A stretch of 64,000 nt of DNA from NCBI RefSeq assembly GCF_009914755.1, contig NC_060931.1, one strand, 5' to 3'. Position 1 is the stretch's first letter. The number at the start of each line of letters is the position of its first letter. This DNA comes from the human T2T-CHM13v2.0 reference genome, Homo sapiens. Of the stretch, positions 1 through 14,563 are shown piece by piece. The position numbers and the translations under genes are program-made. The notes beneath the pieces are model-generated. The model was not told the origin of the DNA. It searched no databases and worked only from the letters and a program-made list of their open reading frames with translations.

Positions 1-532
1 AGGTAAAAATTTATATTACCCCTGAATAGAGAGAGAGATGAAGAAATCAATGCTGTTAGTGTTTGGACGTGTTTAGCATGTTAATTTTCACAGAGTATTT
101 AGGCCATATACATTTTAGAATATCACATTGTTCCCTTCATTTTTATTTATTTTTACTTTTTGTTACTTCTGTTTTAAATGGTTAAACAGAAGAACTGATA
201 AAACTCACTTTTTAAAATTAGGGAGTCAGGAATGAACAAAAGGAATATTTAGCAGTTTGGCCATTCTCTGATACTTCATATATATCTAAATGTGTAATAA
301 CAGGATGGGCAGTTTTTGGGCAAAAGATGAAACATTCAGCATATAATTTGAAATCAAAAATTGGAGAGTATGCTACAATGCATGGAAATCTGAGGGCCTT
401 TCGATTTAAGGAGTGATGTGAACATGAAAGTATAGATCCTTATGTAAAAGTAATTTCTGGAAAGGTAAAATGAAAAATGTTAATGAGGATAAGGTAGAAA
501 TTGAAGGGCTAATACAAATTCTCAGGGAATAA

Positions 533-867
<335 letters not shown>

Positions 868-1854
868 CTTCCTCTCCTTTTTAAAGAGTATTAGTACAGA
901 CATGCATAAACTTTTTCTGTTAAGGACCAGATCTCTATTTGGCATCTCAGACAATTATCCTGATTTGGGACCTTACCTTCAGATGGTTTTCCCTCCTCCA
1001 CCTGGCTGTCTTCCTCTCTGCTTCCTTTCCAGACTGCTGAGTCCATACACATCATTCATCATCCTCTATAGGCTTGTTTCTTTCTGTTACCCCACCCATG
1101 AATATCTGGTCTGTTTGTGAGGGAAGGATCTGGGTATGCTCCTGGGAGCTCCATATACTCTAAAGGGAGCATTGTCTGGTAAAAGAGACTTTTGAGGGGA
1201 AGAAAAGAGGGCAAGGGATAAAGTTTTTTTTTTAAGGTGATCTTTGAGGAGAAAAAATAACTAGACCTTATATGTAGTTGCTTTTCAGCAAGTTTGTATT
1301 AGAAAACAAGAAATAGTGTCCAGTTACAAGGAGGGTGGATAGGCTGCTCTCTGCTATAAAAAGTGTAAGCATTTTTGCTTAAGGTAGTTCTTGTATCTGC
1401 CCAGTGATATGTGGTTGGTAGATAAAGAGTTCAGAGTTGGTTACACTAAGCTTAAATGCTGTCTTCATACTGAGACTTACTGAGTACATCAAAGTAGAAG
1501 AAAGAAATGGATAGGACGCCCTGCATTAGAGGGGGTATTATCATTCACAAACGAAATATACACATGTATATGTATTGATAGAAAAATGAATGGGATAAAT
1601 AAATGAAACCATAGTCGTAGTTTAAAATATATTGTCAAATCTGAAAAAAACGATGTCTAAAATGTGTGAGGAGGGTTTGGATAAGGAGTTAAGGAATATA
1701 ATTATAAAATGAAATCTTGCTGTCTTTACTAGTGTTTACCATAAATGTGTTCAATGTAATAACATTGGCGTTTTAAATATGAAGTTCTTTCATTAATAGG
1801 AAAGATCTACTTTAAGGACCTATGCTTATGGTTGAAACTGTTGCTTTATTTTAG

Positions 1855-1996
1855 ATCATCTCCTGTACACATCATAGCCACTAGCAAAAGTTTACATTCC
1901 TATGCACGCCCTCCACCAGTGTCCTCTTCTTCGAAGAGTGAACCAGCCTTCCCTCATCACCATTGGAAGGAGGAAACACCAGTAAGACACGAAAGG
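1855..1996 (+). CDS. HBP1: HBP1 coding exon (probably exon 4; upstream exons lie outside the window)
   Basis: tttag|A...AGG|gtaagt; encodes (R)SSPVHIIATSKSLHSYARPPPVSSSSKSEPAFPHHHWKEETPVRHER, matching HBP1. Confidence 0.96.
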
Positions 1997-2414
1997 GTAA
2001 GTTTATTTATGAGGTTAAACTTTTACAAAGTTTGTACAACAGTTGAAGTACATTAACATTCCTCATAGGAAGTAGTCTCACTGTTCTGTTAGTGATCTGG
2101 ATTTGATTTTATATACAGCTCTGCTATGTGTTAGGAAAGCTTATTATTAATGGGAATGTGCGTATAACTAAAGCTTCCAAAAACTTTGTTTTGTGTGTGT
2201 CTTTTTTTTCTTTTTTTTTCTTTTTTTTTTTTTTTTAGCAAATTCTCCCACAGCCTGACAACCCTCAGTTTTTGAAGGCATTATATTTTCCCTAAGGTTA
2301 GAATTACTAAGTTATCCACCTATAAGCATGGGCCTAAAGACGTGGGATGAAAACAGATATTAAAAGGTATATTTTAAAAACAAATAAAAAAGTTGATAAT
2401 ATTTTTCTCCATAG

Positions 2415-2526
2415 GCAAATAGTGAGTCAGAATCTGGCATTTTCTGCATGTCCTCCCTGTCAGATGATGATGATTTGGGATGGTGCAATTCCTGGCCTTC
2501 AACTGTCTGGCACTGTTTTTTGAAAG
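2415..2526 (+). CDS. HBP1: HBP1 coding exon (probably 5), start of AXH domain
   Basis: atag|GCA...AAAG|gtaaaa; ANSESESGIFCMSSLSDDDDLGWCNSWPSTVWHCFLK, in frame with the previous exon. Confidence 0.96.
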
Positions 2527-2622
2527 GTAAAACAAACAAACAAACAAAAACCTTGAATTTTCCACAGCTTACTTGTCTAGTACAGTCACGTGTCTAATAC
2601 GTGTTTTCTACCTAAACCTTAG

Positions 2623-2735
2623 GCACACGACTGTGCTTTCATAAGGGAAGCAATAAGGAATGGCAAGATGTTGAAGATTTTGCTAGAGCTGAAGGCTGTG
2701 ATAATGAGGAAGATCTTCAAATGGGCATTCACAAG
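2623..2735 (+). CDS. HBP1: HBP1 coding exon (probably 6), AXH domain
   Basis: ttag|GC ACA...CAC AAG|gttgat; (G)TRLCFHKGSNKEWQDVEDFARAEGCDNEEDLQMGIHK; follows a 96-nt intron. Confidence 0.95.
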
Positions 2736-3024
2736 GTTGATTTAAAATTCTTAAAAAATTTTTCAAAATCTTTCCAAATGAAACAAGATTTATTGTTAAT
2801 CTACAGAAATATCCTCCATTCACTTTGATATTTAAATGACATCGTACATTTTAGGTAGAGCATTTTTATGACCACTCATTGCTTAGTCTGATGGGGAGGA
2901 GCAATGATTTTAGGTTTGCCTTTCTAACATGCTTTCTTGGATGGGAAATAGTATATTTCTTGGTGCTTCTTCGTGTTTTATACACTTTACAATGGGGAAA
3001 ACTGGTATTAAAAATATGTAATGA

Positions 3025-3344
<320 letters not shown>

Positions 3345-4019
3345 CTAACCAAAGCCTTGCCTTAGGTAATCTACAAAGTGATTAATTCCCCTGTAGATTA
3401 TTGAAAGCCAATTATATTAAGTTACTTTATATAAGTTGTTTCATATTAAGTTACTAAAACTAGCATTTTCTAAGTCGATGAGCAAAAGCAGTAGCGAGCA
3501 ATATTAGGATAAAGTTGACACCTTTCACTTTGAAATTTTTAATTTCTCCATCTCTCCTGTAGGCAAGAAAATGGGCATGTGAAGTGTGCTTGTACAAATT
3601 CTTGTTTTGATCCTGCTATGTCTCACTATTAAGTCTCTTGAGAAAAATTGTCCTGTCTTGGCTGCCTTCAGTTTCGTCCCCTTGCTTTACTCTTCACTTT
3701 AGTGAAGTTCACAATAGTCTAACTTTGGCCTCTACTACTCTACAAAAATTGTCTCAAAGGTTACTAGCTTTATTCTGATTTCTAGGAAGAGAGACGTCGT
3801 TTGTTCTGTTTGACATCTGTACAACATTTGACACATTGGGTTAGTTCCTGACATTGTCTTCCCTTGATTTGTGTAGCATGGCAGCATCCTGATTCTCAGT
3901 CTTTTAGGCCTGGTACTTGACTGCCCGCAGTGCTGAATATTAGACAAGATTTTGCCCCCTTCACTTTCTTCACCAGTTCCTCTCTCCTGATAATGTCAGC
4001 AGCACCTCCATCATGTCCT

Positions 4020-4200
4020 GTGGAATGCACTCTGGACTTGGAGTCAGGAAACCTGGGCTCTCTTTATAGCTTCTCCAGCAATTATCTGTGTTACTGATCT
4101 TAGGCAGATTGTTAACCCCTCTGAGTATTGGCTTCCTGATCTGAAAAATGGGATTGGATTAGTTTTAAGGTCTCCTGCAGCCCTGAGAATGGGAAGATTT
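4020..4200. mobile_element. MIR fragment
   Basis: ggagtcaggaaacctggg...cttaggcagattgttaacccctctgag...ctgaaaaatggg resembles the MIR core. Confidence 0.6.
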
Positions 4201-5345
4201 TGTAATTTCGTTATTTGCCAATCTATGTCTATAGCCTTCACCTGCACATTTCCAGCTGCATGTTAGACATCTCTGCATGAATATCAGTCAGTTCTTTGAA
4301 CTAAGCTTAGTGTGACCAAAACTGCCCTTACCTTTTTCTTCCTCTTCTTGGCTTACTTTCCTCCTATTCTTTCAAAGTTGTTATTATCATCCTTCTTGAT
4401 TACCAGATTCAAAACCATGAAGTTGTCTTTTACTATTCTATTTCTTCCCTTTATTTATATTCATTTGATTCTAATTCTGTAAAGATTTTTAAGTCATCCT
4501 CTCTTATTCATGACCTTGTTCATGCGTTAGCGTAATTATGATTGGATACTATAGCAAGCTTTTGGCGTGTTTGTCTCCTTTGTTTTTCTGTGAATGTAAG
4601 GGTAAGGATCATGTTTGTTAGTGTTTGTATTTTCAGATCCTACCATGTGGCATGTGTTAAATGCTCAATATTCATTGAATTTAAATTTTTCTGGTTCTAT
4701 TACTATTGCACTTGTCAATTCAGGTCTATAATAGGTGTCTCTCATTATATCCTCAGGTAATTGAATATGAGATCTTTTCTTCTGTAGAGTCTTTTCTTAT
4801 TTACCATCATCTTAAAAATTGACAGTCATGCTGATAAAAACACTTTGATTGATTTCCCAATACCTTCTAAGCAAAAATTGTCAGTACTTTGCCTGTCTTT
4901 AAGAGGCCTTTACTAACTGGCCTCTCCTTATTAGCTTTATTTGCCCCAAATCTGAACTCACCTTGTATTTTTAGCAAATACTCAGCACTCCCCAAAGTTA
5001 TTGTTAATTACAAATTTCTTGGTGCAAGGCATCTTTCTAAATTGCATTCTTCTTTTAAATCTCAGTTCCAGTTGGAATTGAAAATCCTCCTTAATCTCTC
5101 TTTTGGTATTAATAACTCTTTATTAAACTGCATCACCATTATTTATACTTGAGTGTAAGTGCTTATTCCAGTCTAGTTATTTATATATGTGTCTTTCTTC
5201 ACTACCGGGTTTGAAAGCTCTTTAATGGCAGGGATCCTGTCTTGGTTATTTTTACCTTTTCCACAAAGTCTTACATGTAATGGGAACTTCACAGTGTTTT
5301 GAATTGAACATTTCCAATTCATTCACGCTATGCATATATTTTCAG

Positions 5346-5502
5346 GGCTATGGTTCTGATGGTCTAAAGTTGTTATCACATGAAGAAAGTGTATCATTTG
5401 GCGAGTCTGTACTGAAGTTGACTTTTGATCCTGGTACAGTAGAAGATGGTTTACTTACCGTAGAGTGTAAGCTGGACCACCCTTTCTATGTTAAAAATAA
5501 AG
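5346..5502 (+). CDS. HBP1: HBP1 coding exon (probably 7), AXH domain
   Basis: ttcag|GGC...AAA G|gtaggg; GYGSDGLKLLSHEESVSFGESVLKLTFDPGTVEDGLLTVECKLDHPFYVKNK. Confidence 0.96.
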
Positions 5503-5924
5503 GTAGGGCTTGAATTGCATTTGTAGTAACTTTTTTTAAACAAAGCTTCTTAAATCTGTAATTATGTCTGTAGCTTTGATGATTAAGAAAAAATTTGAGG
5601 GGAAAACGTCTTTCAAACTAAATAAAAAACTACCATAGGGAATGCTTATAATAATACCTAATGGTGCGTAAGTATCTTAGCAGTCAGGTGGAACTTTATT
5701 TCCTGTATGAGAAATTTTTAGATTCATGTAGCATAGTATAATAAGCTTTCTATTATCTTGGTATAGTTTGGGTAATGTAGTGATCTAGTAATCACATTTT
5801 CATTAAGAGTTACCAAATATGATATAAACCTGAGTCACTCTTCAGAGCCTTATTACAGTAACACCATGTTAAAGATGATTTTATAATTCAGAGACTATTT
5901 CATGGTCTCAGTCATTTATCACTT

Positions 5925-5986
5925 ATTGTCATTGTAGACTGATGGAAGTGCTCATTGTCATTGTAGACGGATGGAAGTGCTGATTG
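5925..5986. repeat. 29-bp tandem duplication
   Basis: attgtcattgtagac(t/g)gatggaagtgct(c/g) x2. Confidence 0.9.
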
Positions 5987-6226
5987 ATAGAGGAGCTCTA
6001 TATATAATAAAATGCTGAACAATAAGCTAGTTTTGGAGGGCTTTTACATTGCTGAAAGGAAATACTTATCTAGTACTTTATTGTAAAGATACATGACTTG
6101 TGTTAGAGAATCTCTTGAGACTTAGCAATAACATTTTATTTTTAAGATATAGAAATGATATGTCTGTTCTAAAGTAGGGTGCTTTCTGTGAGTCCTCATC
6201 CTTTATGCAACATTGTTTAACTTTAG

Positions 6227-6371
6227 GTTGGTCATCATTTTATCCAAGCTTGACTGTGGTACAGCATGGCATTCCATGTTGTGAAGTTCATATTGGCGAT
6301 GTATGTCTACCTCCTGGACACCCCGATGCCATTAATTTTGATGATTCAGGTGTTTTTGATACATTTAAAAG
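6227..6371 (+). CDS. HBP1: HBP1 coding exon (probably 8), end of AXH domain with the IxCxE (IPCCE) RB-binding-type motif
   Basis: tttag|GT TGG...AAA AG|gtaata; (G)WSSFYPSLTVVQHGIPCCEVHIGDVCLPPGHPDAINFDDSGVFDTFK. Confidence 0.96.
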
Positions 6372-6952
6372 GTAATATTGGATTAATTCTTTGTTTTATT
6401 TTCCTCTTAAAGTTTGCCCTTCATTTCCCTAATGATGGTTAAGTCAGATATTTAGGAAGTTCAGTCTTTAAAGATTTGAGAATTATAAAAGAATTATTAA
6501 GAGGAAAGTATGACATGAAAACATATTAGGTAATTAAAGTATAATAGTTACCAGAGAGTTTTGCGTGTAGTTGTCATATAGGAAAATTGAGTTTATAAAA
6601 CATTTAGGATTAGATTAGGAAGAATATCACATGTTACATGACCAAGAGTTTAATGGTTCAGCTTTGATAGTTACATTTAAAAAGTTGTGATATCTGGCCA
6701 GTTGTTCTTAAACAGCTTATAAATCTCTTGTGTTTTTTGTAGTTAACTGTATTTTTCTTGATATAATAGTTAACTGTATCTTTGTTTCATACTCATTTTG
6801 ACCAAGGGCATTAGTTGCATGGTTTAACAAATAGTAGAAAATAGCCTAAACTTCACATCTAGAAAGGCTTAGAGAGGGAAGTGGTTATTCCTGAGATCAC
6901 GTTGCTAGTAAGTGGCAGAAAAGGACAAGAACCCATGTGTCCTGACTCCAGA

Positions 6953-7061
6953 AGGTTGGCCAGCTATCTTCATTTATATGGGACTTTCCTGGTTTTTGCA
7001 CTGAAAGTCTAGCTTTCAGGAAACCCCTCAGTCCTAGACAAACTGGAACAATTGGCCACCT
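6953..7061. mobile_element. MER81-like hAT MITE
   Basis: Degenerate terminal inverted repeats (aggttggcca...tggccacct) with gggactttcctggtttttgcactgaaagtc core. Confidence 0.6.
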
Positions 7062-7882
7062 TGCTCCTAGAAGGAACCCAGAGAAAGTCTGTGTGTAGGT
7101 ATCTGGGATTTAAAGACTCATTCTTTCTTTAAGATAATTATCAAATCCATAGGCATGTACTGGCACTAAGTAGAGAATTCTCAAGAGTCCCTGCTGGCCT
7201 GTAGATTTTATTTCATTCAGTTTAATTAGTATGTTTTATATATCATGAGGATGAGTGAAACTATTATTAAAAAAGCAAATTGCATAGGGCCTGACACAAG
7301 CCACATGCTCGATAAATGTCTACAAGCTTATGCTCTTAATGCTGTTTGATTACATCCCTCATATACACTCTTTTTTGAAAAACTAGAAAAATGAGTCAAA
7401 ATTTTAAGGACTGATACTTAGGATATATAGATTAATGATAACTCCTATGTTTTGGTGAGACTGTAACCTGATAGAAAAATTTTGGAAGATAATTTGGCTT
7501 TATCTTGTAAAGGTGAGTATTAGCAGTTTCATTCCTCTTTTATATATATTCTAGAGAAGTAAATTCTTGTAGTCATGCTCAAGGAGATGGTGCAAGTAAG
7601 TTTGTAGCTGTATTACTCATGATAGCAAAAATGTGGAAACAGTATCAATACTTATTAACTGGAGAGTGAATCCATGAAGTGTGATATAATCATATAGTGG
7701 AATTAGTGGAAAATGAATGAACCTTAGCTACAAACTTTAAAACATGGATCAATTTTTAAAACAATGTTAAGTAAAAATAAGTCTTGGAAATATACAGTAT
7801 GAGTCTATTTTATGGAATCATGTTCCTTAGAAATAAATAAAATAACCCTTATATATGGTTTGTAATACACATTATATAATTA

Positions 7883-8400
7883 TGTCAGGGGTCCCTAAAG
7901 ACTAGCCCCCAGGTTTGATGATTTGCTCAGAGAATTCACAAGACTCTGCACATAGTTGTGCTCATGGCTGTGACTTATTATGGCAAAAAAATACTAATAC
8001 AAAGCAAAATTGGGAAAGGGAAAAGATGTGGGGTGAAGTCTGAGGGAAGCCAGGCTTCCAGGGATCCTCTCCCAGTGGAATTAAGGGCATGTTTTATTCC
8101 CCAGCAGTGGGCTGTGACAACATATATGAAATGTCGTCTCCCAGGGAAGCTTGTTAGGCGCACTTGGCACCTAGGGTTTTTATTGAGAGCAGTCACGTAG
8201 GTTTCTTCTGCTTGGCACATAACAAAATCCAAACTTCCAAAAGGAAAGCAGGCATTCAGAGTAAACTGTGTTGTTTGTATATCCAGTCTAGGCACAGTAA
8301 ACTACTCTTCTCAGTTGTGGGAATGATGGGACCCCTCAAAATCCAAGTTCTAGAAATTAGTCAAGGGTCAACCTTGTAAGTAGACTTTTGAAAGGATAGC
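7883..8400. mobile_element. LTR element (MER21-like) inside an old L1M fragment (~7420-8700)
   Basis: tgtcaggggtccctaaagact...caggtttgatgatttgct...gggaaaagatgtggggtgaagtc resembles MER21; the flanks resemble an L1ME 3' end. Confidence 0.65.
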
Positions 8401-9299
8401 AGTCATTTCTGCATAATGAAACACTGTATCTTATATATTAAGAAAGATATTAATAAAACTAATGCTACTGTAGTATTTATATGTTGTATTTATGAGTAAT
8501 ATTTTCATAATAAAATTATTGAAAAAGAATGATTAACATTCAGGAGAGTGGTTATTTCTGGGGTGGCAAATATGGAACTTAGTGATACTGGAAATATTAT
8601 TCTTAATTTGGATTGTGGGTTCACTCATTTATTTGTATGCTTCATAACTTACAAATATATGTAAAGTTTACATATTATTACATAGCACCAAACTTTTTTA
8701 AAGTAAAAGGGAAAACTTGCCTGCCTAATTCCTGCTTTTCTGAGATAGCAAATTCTTACCATTTGATCTCACTGAATAATAATCACTCCCAAGATGATGT
8801 TAGTCATTGGTCTCATTTTACTGTTGAGTGACTTCAATATAACAGCAGGAGCACCCACCCTGCAAAGGAGTGGAAATGGGTGGTATCATCATGGAGAAAC
8901 CAGGAAAAAATTGAGAAGCTGAAAGTGACTTTATTTTCATTGTGGATTAGACTGGTTAAGGGAGATGATGCCTGGCCTAGGGGGAGGGCAAGAAGAGAAA
9001 GAGGTAAGAAGAGGAAAAAGTCCAAGTTGGACTGCTCCAAGCAAATTCTCGGGTCATGGTTTACAGAGGACATGTGAGTAGTTTCTAGCTCAGGAAGAAT
9101 CAGAAGTCAGCAATCAGTTGATGAGCTCTCATACATAATTCAAGGTTCTGTTGTAAGTAGCCCATTCTGAAACATTGAGAATTGAGGCCAACCTTCTAGG
9201 CCTCAGGCGGGTTTAAAACAGTCAGTTTTGACTCTTTGAAGTTGACATTTCTGTTCAGGTAATATGATTTAACAAACTTGAGTGCCTACTATATATATA

Positions 9300-10010
9300 A
9301 TGTTAATTTATTTAATATTAATTACCCTATTTGTAGATTATATCCTCATTTTACAGAGAGAAGTAAAGTTGAGAGAGGTTAAGGAACATGCCCAAAACAA
9401 AGGCAGTTAGTATCAGAATTAGGATTCAAGCCCATATCTTGTAAAGATTCCAAATTTTGAGTTCTCTAGCTACTCACCTAAGATACTTCTACAATAATAG
9501 ATACTCCTAATGGCAAAATACACTGTGCCAGCCTCTGCCCTGTGTCTTATGTTTATTGTTCTTTTTGGCACCACTGCATAGCATAGATTTATTTTACAGA
9601 TAAGTAAACTGAGGCTACAGGGTTTATTTAACTTGCCCAAGGTCATATTACTAGCTGGAATTTGCACTCAGTTAAAATTTTCCATTATTATGTTATTCAG
9701 AATTGATTAAAAAATGAGTTAAGAATGGCCATACCTCTTTGCTTCCAATCTAGAGAAGGAAATGGATTAGTAAATGTATACAGTAGATGTACACGCTGAT
9801 TGAGAGGCAGTGTAGCCTGATAGGAACATGAGCTCGATCTGGACTGCCTGGATTCAAATCCTGGCTCTGCAATTGATTTGCTATGGAAGCTTGAGTAAAT
9901 TAATATTTCTGTGGCTCCTTTAAAAAAATCTGTAGAATGGGGATAATATTGGAAGGATTAAATAAGTTAATATATGTGACATGGTTAATAGGCACTACAT
10001 TATTGTGGAG
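9300..10010. mobile_element. Cluster of MIR fragments
   Basis: cattttacagagagaagtaaag, ttttacagataagtaaactgaggct, ggattcaaatcctggctctgc motifs. Confidence 0.7.
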
Positions 10011-11093
10011 TTTGCCATTAAGACTAATGATTAGACAGTGAAGTGAGAATGGGCATTCTAAGCTTAAGGAATGGCATGTACACAAAGTAGAGCTGTGAAA
10101 GGCACATTTGGGTACAGGTGCTTTAGTGAAGAGAATGAATGCTTACCTAAGGTAGTATAGCAAAAGATGAAGCTGTTTTTAAAGATACTCTATGTCATTA
10201 CTGCTGCAGTAATGTTAGTCATTGAATTTTGTGACTGAATATTTAAAACTGATTTAAGTTGTATCCATAATGGAAGTAGATGATAAGTTATATTTGTGCC
10301 ACTAGATGGTGGAGTTTTCAAATTTTAGTAATTAGCTTACCCAGTATCTTTTAGTATTTTAAATTGTAATCATTTTCCATCAGTAGAGATGGGTAATTTT
10401 GTGTCAGTGCTGAAGTTTGCTATTTTTCTAAATTATGTATGGGAGGGGCTGAAGATATCTTACAAAAACTGCAAACCTAGAAAGCAGACATTGTTTTCCT
10501 GACGTAATACTGATTGCTAAGCATTCATGAGGTAATTTTGGAGTCATAGTTTAAGTACATTTATTTCATGCAATACTTTCAGAAAAAAGACATTGTGTGC
10601 TTGATAAGTGGTAGAAGTCATTTACTGTGTGTAGTCAGTGGCATGGACCGCCCTCATTCCTTTGGCTGTTTCCATCTATCTTTAGAATTTTGTAATCTCA
10701 TGTTTTACCTTTAGGTAGATGGTATTCCTGTAGCTAATATTAAACTATTTTGATGTATTACCGGAATTTCTGTTTCAGGGAAGGAAGTAGGAGCTAGGTT
10801 CAGATTAGAAGCTGAATAAAAGGTTTCCTGCCAAGAAGATAGAAAAGTACTATAGGCAGAAAGAGAGTTAATGCTGGAACAAAAGAGAATTCTTTAGCTT
10901 ATTTCCATGTCTATGTAAACTGAACATACAGAACAAAATGTGGCCTTTCCTGACAAAGGCAGGTTTTTACAATGAACTTTATGTTATTAGGCTATGTTAT
11001 AGGTCATGGATGGCCTTTCGGGAGACTGATGTATGTATGGCTCTCTTTACCTAAACAAATGACCCAGATTACTGGGCATTTTAAGTTCCTTTA

Positions 11094-11376
<283 letters not shown>

Positions 11377-11887
11377 TAAGTTCCTTTAGCCACATTTAAC
11401 AGCTTTTCACTGCCTTTCCCAACCATTTGTTTTCTATAGTAGTCCTTAGGCCTGGTATGTTGCCTGCCACTCCATTTTAATTTTCTAGGTCTGGGTGCCT
11501 ATAGGCCAAGAAACCATATTGTCACATTTGTCCAGAAATGAATTTAAAGTAAGAATAAGTGGGTTGTGTAGGATTTGGAGGAGTTACTTGCTATGAATAA
11601 AGTATGCTGATTATAACATTCCTTTGGGGGGTTCAAAGTCTTTTTTAAGCTTTTGTATTATCTGCAGAGGTTTTTTAAAAAAATTAATTTCAGTTAGCAC
11701 ATATACAGATTTCATTTTATAAGCAACTATCAGTGGCAAAAGTTGTTAGTGTTGGTAACATGATATAGGGGGAAATGCACTGAAATTTCCAATCAGATGT
11801 TTTCTTTTTTTTTTTTTTAACCTGCTTTTTAGAAATCAGAGAATTCAAAATTGAATTAAAATATTATTATTTTTTTTAATTTTATAG

Positions 11888-12205
11888 CTATGACTTCACA
11901 CCTATGGATTCTTCTGCAGTTTATGTGTTAAGTAGTATGGCTCGCCAGCGTCGTGCATCTTTGTCTTGTGGAGGACCTGGTGGTCAAGACTTTGCAAGAT
12001 CTGGATTCAGTAAAAACTGTGGCTCACCTGGATCATCACAGCTCTCTTCCAATTCTTTGTATGCTAAAGCTGTCAAAAACCACAGCTCAGGGACTGTGAG
12101 TGCCACTTCTCCTAATAAGTGCAAAAGACCAATGAATGCCTTCATGCTTTTTGCCAAAAAATACAGAGTTGAATATACTCAGATGTATCCAGGGAAAGAT
12201 AACAG
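11888..12205 (+). CDS. HBP1: HBP1 coding exon (probably 9), linker and first half of the HMG box
   Basis: tatag|C TAT...AAC AG|gtaaaa; ...KCKRPMNAFMLFAKKYRVEYTQMYPGKDN(R), an HMG-box signature. Confidence 0.97.
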
Positions 12206-12323
12206 GTAAAAATAGTGATAATTCTGATTACAATAAATGAGTAACACTTCAATACGGTTCATGGTAACTGGAATAGTTAAGTAAACTTATTCTTTAATAG
12301 CTTTTATTCAACTCTTAGGTTGA

Positions 12324-12621
<298 letters not shown>

Positions 12622-12730
12622 AGGTTGACTTTAAAGTAAAAAGTTTAAGTGGAATTTTTAGGGTTATATGTAATTATTTTATAATACATAGACAATTAGG
12701 TTATCTACCTTAGTAGTAAGGATCTACCTT

Positions 12731-12959
12731 TTATTATTTGTGCCATAGCCCAGGCTGCAGTACAGCGGCGCAACTCACTGTAGCCTGTATCTCCCAGGCT
12801 CAATCCTCCCACCTCAGCTTCCTGAATGGCTGGGATTACAGGCACATGCCACCACACCCAGTTAATTTTTGTATTTTTTGTAGAGATAGGGTTGTGCCAT
12901 GTTGCCCAGGCTGGTCTCAAACTCCTGGGTTCAAGCCATCTGCCTGCCTCCCAAAGTGC
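12731..12959 (-). mobile_element. Alu (AluJ-like, partial)
   Basis: Diverged antisense Alu; TSD gatctacctttta. Confidence 0.9.
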
Positions 12960-13427
12960 AAGATCTACCTTTTAAAATCATGTTATTTATCTGTTGGAGG
13001 ACACGGTTCTAACAATTAACAGTTCTATCTTTATGGAACAGCTTTTCACCTGAGTCAACTATGGATTGTACGGGGAACTGGCAATTTGTAGCAAGCTGCC
13101 AGAGTTGTCAAAACGGTGAACTTAAGAGCTGTCCTCAGTAGAAGCTGGAAATAAAAATCAACTCAAGTCCTTCCTACTCTGTTGCCTGTACCCTTACTCA
13201 TCTCCGAGTCCTCTACTGCTGAATCCCTCTCAAACCAGTCAAGTTCTCCATATATTAATAACGCTGTCTTCTTCCAGTCTTTGTACCCTGAGGATCAAAA
13301 CTACCATTTGCTTTATCTTGATATCATGAGAAAAGTCATTACTGTGTTACCACAGTAATGAATAGCTTTGTCCTAGTTCCTTTAGACACATAAGTGTGTA
13401 ATTAGTGAGTCAAGAATTCTAAGAGTC

Positions 13428-13754
<327 letters not shown>

Positions 13755-14265
13755 TAACTCTTGGATCTGTCAGTCATTTGTGTGACTTTTGGCAATTAAT
13801 CTTTAAGTTGTAATCCATTTCTTCAGTAAAAAGAGTGGGTTTAAGTGTGTTTTTTAAAAAAAGTTAGTTTGGAAGTCTACTTCTGTGACTGACTTTTAGG
13901 CTTTAAAGACATTTTAAGAGTAATTTGTACCTTTCCCCTTGCTCAATTTGTTTTTCCTGAGAAAATGACTGGCCTTAGATTTAGTGACAGGTACATGCTG
14001 CATTTCTCTTTTTGTACACTTCTGGTATTTAATTATTAAACATATCCTTTGACATCTAGAAACAGGATTCACGTCCCTGTAAGTCTCTTCCCCGCCAGTA
14101 GTTGAGAATGTCAGCTGGGATGCATTCTGTATTTATTTCCAATTCTGGGGAACTGGACTATCCTGATTATAAGGGGTGTAAATCTCATTTTATCTTTAGA
14201 TGTTTTGTTTTCTGATCTTTTTATAGGATCTCTAAATCAGGTTATACCCTTTATTGCTCAAAAAT

Positions 14266-14563
14266 CTTTTTTTTTTTTATGAGATGGAATCTTGCTCTGT
14301 CACGCAGGCTGTAGTGCCAGTGGTGTGATCTCGGCTCATTGCAACTGCTGCCTCCTAGGTTGAAGTGATTCTCCTGCCTCAGCCTCTGAGCAGCTTGAAC
14401 TATAGGCATGCACCACCACACCTGGCTAATTTTTTGTAGTTTTAGTAGAGATGGGGTTTCACCTTGTTGGCTAGGCTGGTCTCGAACTCCTGATCTCAGG
14501 TGATCTGCCCACCTCTGCCTCCCAAAGTGCTGGGATTACATATGTGAGCCACCGTGCCCAGCC
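14266..14563 (-). mobile_element. Alu (AluS-like)
   Basis: Antisense Alu consensus. Confidence 0.95.
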
